This document shows positions 60,446 to 64,000 of a DNA stretch of 64,000 nt, piece by piece (the first letter of the stretch is position 1; every line of letters begins with the position of its first letter). A model generated the notes under the pieces. That model made no database searches. It was not told the origin of the DNA and saw only the letters and a program-made list of their open reading frames with translations. A program made the translations under genes and the position numbers. Source of the stretch: SAR202 cluster bacterium (GTDB taxonomy: Bacteria > Chloroflexota > Dehalococcoidia > Lucifugimonadales > UBA3495); the NCBI GenBank assembly GCA_013204585.1, contig JABMNL010000003.1:6992-70991 (forward strand). The letters run 5' to 3'.

Positions 60446-60676
60446 ATCTGAGTCCGTCCTAAAGTGAGAATCTGCCCGCCTGTCTTGGGCAGGATTTTAG
60501 CATTATACAGATGGATGACGAATGGCATAACGCTAAGGTCATTAATTTATTGTTCTGGTATGATTCCCCGAATGATTTAAGGGACGTGTAACCGGATATT
60601 ATTGGCGCTCCAAGTCGAATTTATGATACTAGGACGGGTTTTTGATCCGTATCCCTTGTTGCATACGTAGCAATAG

Positions 60677-61252
60677 ATGGAAGAACTAACAGACGAGGTC
60701 TTGCTACAACTGATACACCTGGGGAATGAGAGCGCTTTAGGCGCCCTCTATGACCGCCATGGCAAGGCGGCCTACTCCCTGGCTTACCGAATGCTGGGCG
60801 ACGTTCATGCCGCAGAGGACGCTGTTCAAGAAGCGTTTGTGAATGTTTGGCGACGGGCCGGGTCGTTCCGAAACGCCAGGGGCACAGCCAGGACTTGGGT
60901 CATGGCTGTGGTCCATCACCGGTCCATCGACATTGGCAGAAAACGCCGGGGAATCGCGCCCAGGGAACTACCCTTGGACCTAACCCTGCTGCCCGCAGAC
61001 TCCCATGACACCTGGTCCGAGGTTTCCAACACCCTGGACCGGGCATTGCTCAAAGAATGCCTGGAACAAATACCCCTTGAGCAGCGGGAAGTTATCGAAC
61101 TGGCCTACTTTCAGGGTCACACACAGCGGGAGATTGCCGAACTGAAAGGGATTCCGCTGGGTACGGTCAAAGGCCGAGTGCGCATCGGGCTCCAGAAGCT
61201 ACGGGGCCTGGTATTAGAACTGGGACTAGGAGGCTCAACGGATGAGCCATGA
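60677..61252 (+). CDS. ECF sigma factor
   Basis: 191 aa with region 2 (AEDAVQEAFVNVWRRA...ARTWVMAVVHHRSID) and region 4 (ELAYFQGHTQREIAELKGIPLGTVKGRVRIGL). Confidence 0.9.
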   Translation: MEELTDEVLLQLIHLGNESALGALYDRHGKAAYSLAYRMLGDVHAAEDAVQEAFVNVWRRAGSFRNARGTARTWVMAVVHHRSIDIGRKRRGIAPRELPLDLTLLPADSHDTWSEVSNTLDRALLKECLEQIPLEQREVIELAYFQGHTQREIAELKGIPLGTVKGRVRIGLQKLRGLVLELGLGGSTDEP

Positions 61253-62000
61253 TGAATTAAAGGGGCTGGCCGAAGGTTACGCCCTCTCTGCGTTAGACGC
61301 CGACGAATTGAAGCAGTTCGAGGCGCATCTGGACGCTTGCCAGGAATGTCTGGCCAGCGTTGCCGAGTTGCGTCTGCCGGTTGACGCACTTTCCATGATG
61401 AACGATGAGGCCGAGCCAGCAGGAAACCTGCGCGAGCGAATCCTGGCGTCGGCCAGGGCTGAACCTCGTAACCAGGAACAACCAGTCAAATCGGCGCCTT
61501 GGTGGCTAAGGCCGGTGCTTCGACCAATTCCCGTGGCCGCGGTATTTGCGGGCCTGGTGGCGGTAATAATGGTGGTAGCGGTCTGGGGGTCGCAAGCTGA
61601 TGGCGACCTCAGTTCGGTCCAGCGGCGGCTGAGTCTGACCTACGACGGCATCGAAATCATGGCCCAGGCCGAACAATGGTGGCGGTTCGACGGCTCCGGC
61701 ATCACTTCGGGAGCGGCTGGAACTCTCGCCTACTCCGAAGAGATTGGGGCTGCTTGCCTGCTGGTCTGGGGACTAGCCGAGGCCGACCATTTCAATTATC
61801 AGGTCCGTCTCACCGAGGCTGACGGGGCGGTCACTGTCCGCAAGATGTGGCGCTATGACGACGCTATGTGGCTGATTTTGGACGGCGATCCAAACCTGCT
61901 TCAGAAGCTCGAAATCATGTTGTTCAATGGGGAGACCAGTCCAGATTCTGAAACCCCGCCGCTCCCCGTACTGATAGATATTCCTCTAACGGCGTCTTAA
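61242..62000 (+). CDS. anti-sigma factor (zf-HC2 N-terminus, single TM, extracytoplasmic RskA-like domain)
   Basis: It overlaps the sigma gene by 11 nt. It carries the HLDACQECLASV zinc-binding motif and the TM segment VAAVFAGLVAVIMVVAVW. Confidence 0.8.
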   Translation: MSHDELKGLAEGYALSALDADELKQFEAHLDACQECLASVAELRLPVDALSMMNDEAEPAGNLRERILASARAEPRNQEQPVKSAPWWLRPVLRPIPVAAVFAGLVAVIMVVAVWGSQADGDLSSVQRRLSLTYDGIEIMAQAEQWWRFDGSGITSGAAGTLAYSEEIGAACLLVWGLAEADHFNYQVRLTEADGAVTVRKMWRYDDAMWLILDGDPNLLQKLEIMLFNGETSPDSETPPLPVLIDIPLTAS

Positions 62001-62103
62001 CCCCATCGATCAGGACGCAATTTGATCCATCGCGGCTTCTCCGCCGTAGTAATGGTTGGTCCGGCAACCCCGGCCCCAACCACTATCTACCAGGAGAAGT
62101 ACG

Positions 62104-64000
62104 ATGCCTCGAATACCCCAGTTTCCCAAAGTAATTAAATCCTTCAGGCCGCGATTGAGCCTGTTCATATTGTTGTTGGGCCTAGTTGCCCCTCTCTTAA
62201 TCGCCGCCTGCGGTGGCGGCGACCCAACACAAGCCCCCCGTCCAGCGGCAACCAACACCCCCCAGCCACCCGCCGCCACAGCTACTGTGGCCCCGGAACC
62301 GACCGCTATGATGGAAGCTACCCATACCGCCAACAAGGTGGAAATCAGCAGCGAAGGGTCTTTGGGCAGCCATCTGGTTGACTCCGACGGCATGACGCTC
62401 TACCTGTACACCAAGGACGAGCGTAACGTCTCCAACTGTTCCGGTGGTTGCGCCGATGCCTGGCCGCCGCTATTGGTTGACGGCGACCCGGTGGCAGGCG
62501 AAGGCCTGGACGCCGAGCGGCTGTTGGCCATCAAGCGCGCCGACGGCTCCAGCCAGGTTACCTACAACGGCAAACCCCTCTACTACTACGCGGCGGACGC
62601 GAAACCCGGCGACGTCGTTGGTCAAGACAAGGGCGATGTCTGGTTCTTAGTCTCCCCGGATGGCGGCCCAATACGGACCAGCGCGGCGGTAAATGCCACC
62701 GACTCCGGAACTCTCGGCACGATACTCACTGACCCCAGCGGCAACGTCCTCTATCTCTACACCAAGGACGAACGTAGCGTCAGCAACTGCTCTGGCCGCT
62801 GCGCCCTGGCCTGGCCGCCGCTGCTCACCGTGGGTGACCCAACGCCGGGAGAAGGTCTGTCCGCCGACCGAATTGGCGTCATTAGTCGCGGCGATGGTGC
62901 CAAGCAGGTCACCTACAATGGTTGGCCTCTGTACTACTACGACAAGGATGAGAAACCCGGCGATGCCATTGGGCAGGATCGGGGTGACGTTTGGTTCGTG
63001 GTCACCACCGACGGCGGGGCCGTGTACACCAACGCCCCGGTGAACGCCACCGAGAACGGAGCATTGGGTAGCATCCTAACGGACGCCGCAGGGCGTAGCC
63101 TCTATCTCTACACCAAAGATGAACGCAATGTTTCAAACTGTTCCGGCGGCTGCGCCCTAGCCTGGCCGCCCCTGATTACTGTGGAGGATCCTGTTCCGGG
63201 TGAAGGTCTGGCCGCCGACCGCATTGGAACCACCGCCCGGGCCGACGGCTCCAAGCAGGTCACCTACAATGGTTGGCCCTTGTACTATTACGCGCCCGAC
63301 GAAAAACCCGGCGACGCCATTGGGCAGGACCGGGGCGGAGTTTGGTTCGTGGTCACCACCGACGGCGGGGCCGTGTACACCAACGCCCCGGTGAACGCCG
63401 CAGTTCACGCAGAATTGGGGAACATCTTGGTGGACGCCGCCGGACGCAGTCTCTATCTGTACACCAAGGACGAACCCAACGTATCCAATTGCGCTGGTGG
63501 CTGCGCTCTGGCTTGGCCTCCCCTGATTACCATCGCAGACCCGGTTCCCGGACCCGGTGTTGCCGCCGCCAGCATTGGGACCATTACCCGCGAGGACGGT
63601 TCCAAGCAAGTCACCTTCGGCGGCGACCCGCTCTACTACTACGCCCCCGACGAGAAACCGGGCGATGCCCTGGGGCAGAACCGTGGCGAGGTCTGGTTCG
63701 TCATCAACGTCCCCGAGCCGTTGTCCATGACCCTGGGAGCCAGCCAGGATGACACACTCTATGAGACCACCGGCAAGCCGCTGAACAACGGGGCTGGCCA
63801 GTGGGTCTTCGCGGGGAACACCGCCAACAGCGAACTACGCCGTGGACTCGTCACCTTCAACATCGCCTCCGGCCTACCGGCCGGGGCGGTGGTCAGCAGC
63901 GTCACGTTAACCATGAACATGTCCCGATCCATCGGCAGTGACGCTGCGGTGGGTCTGCACCGAGTTCTGGCCGACTGGCAGGAAGGGGCGGTCAAGGGAT
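62104..64000 (+). CDS. lipoprotein with four tandem COG4315-type modules (Yx[FWY]xxD 'secreted repeat') followed by the start of another domain; 3' end outside the window; not in the supplied ORF track
   Basis: My manual translation from ATG 62104 (AGGAGAAG Shine-Dalgarno) finds no stop through base 64000. The signal and lipobox read LLLGLVAPLLIAAC. Four 117-aa modules each contain LYLYTKDE..VSNCSG.CA.AWPP and QVTYNG.PLYYY..D.KPGD..GQ. From about 63721 it reads DDTLYETTGKPLNNGAG...RRGLVTFNI..LPAGAVVSSVTLTMN. Confidence 0.85.
   Translation, partial: MPRIPQFPKVIKSFRPRLSLFILLLGLVAPLLIAACGGGDPTQAPRPAATNTPQPPAATATVAPEPTAMMEATHTANKVEISSEGSLGSHLVDSDGMTLYLYTKDERNVSNCSGGCADAWPPLLVDGDPVAGEGLDAERLLAIKRADGSSQVTYNGKPLYYYAADAKPGDVVGQDKGDVWFLVSPDGGPIRTSAAVNATDSGTLGTILTDPSGNVLYLYTKDERSVSNCSGRCALAWPPLLTVGDPTPGEGLSADRIGVISRGDGAKQVTYNGWPLYYYDKDEKPGDAIGQDRGDVWFVVTTDGGAVYTNAPVNATENGALGSILTDAAGRSLYLYTKDERNVSNCSGGCALAWPPLITVEDPVPGEGLAADRIGTTARADGSKQVTYNGWPLYYYAPDEKPGDAIGQDRGGVWFVVTTDGGAVYTNAPVNAAVHAELGNILVDAAGRSLYLYTKDEPNVSNCAGGCALAWPPLITIADPVPGPGVAAASIGTITREDGSKQVTFGGDPLYYYAPDEKPGDALGQNRGEVWFVINVPEPLSMTLGASQDDTLYETTGKPLNNGAGQWVFAGNTANSELRRGLVTFNIASGLPAGAVVSSVTLTMNMSRSIGSDAAVGLHRVLADWQEGAVKG
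62338..63711 (+). repeat. in-frame tandem repeat, 4 copies x 351 bp
   Basis: The unit boundaries are 62338, 62689, 63040 and 63391. Copies 2 and 3 share long identical strings (e.g. gacggcggggccgtgtacaccaacgccccggtgaacgcc at 63010 and 63361). Confidence 0.85.

Noticed and set aside
62010-63995. Track ORFs 62010..62393 (-), 62444..62650 (+), 62693..63043 (+), 63157..63609 (-), 63200..63394 (+), 63273..63752 (+), 63759..63995 (-)
   Set aside because: All overlap the unlisted frame-1 lipoprotein ORF 62104..64000, which has a Shine-Dalgarno, a signal peptide and lipobox, and four conserved protein modules. The listed ORFs are repeat-driven shadows.

Overview
This is a gene-dense 64-kb chromosomal segment with about 55 protein genes and roughly 55-57% GC by eye. 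I recognised no rRNA, tRNA, CRISPR array, transposase, integrase or phage genes. Housekeeping genes (ligA, pth, ftsH, hflK/hflC, sucCD, gatB, secG, glnA, two amt) are interleaved with catabolic paralog families: two luciferase-like oxidoreductases, two SDRs, a Rieske oxygenase, an amidase, an esterase, a MaoC hotdog pair, an HpcH aldolase, two NHL propellers and a class-III-type ADH. The segment also carries a glycine-methylation route to glycine betaine and two ECF sigma modules. The gene content resembles a marine Chloroflexota (SAR202-like) or actinobacterium-like organism, but that is inference only. The main leads are as follows. (1) A two-gene cohesin/dockerin module (37921..41416) combines six PPC repeats, a cohesin and a dockerin in one secreted protein, next to a membrane-anchored cohesin, with no carbohydrate-active enzymes nearby. 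(2) A DsbA/FrnE-like gene has its first redox Cys codon replaced by an in-frame TGA followed by a SECIS-like hairpin (44324..44941); the ORF track truncates this gene. (3) Helically phased GTTAC/GTAAC pentamer arrays sit upstream of both ammonium transporter genes and resemble OmpR-type GlnR boxes; the locus has no PII gene. (4) A split B12 acyl-CoA mutase carries the Ile/Asp/Gln determinants of 2-hydroxyisobutyryl-CoA mutase and is followed by a PaaK-like ligase. (5) A long lipoprotein ORF (62104..64000) with four 351-bp tandem modules is absent from the ORF track because it runs off the window. (6) An HflK homolog carries a ~190-aa internally duplicated insertion. (7) A 666-aa orphan protein is translationally coupled between ligA and pth. 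All similarity calls are by-eye motif recognition; no searches were run.
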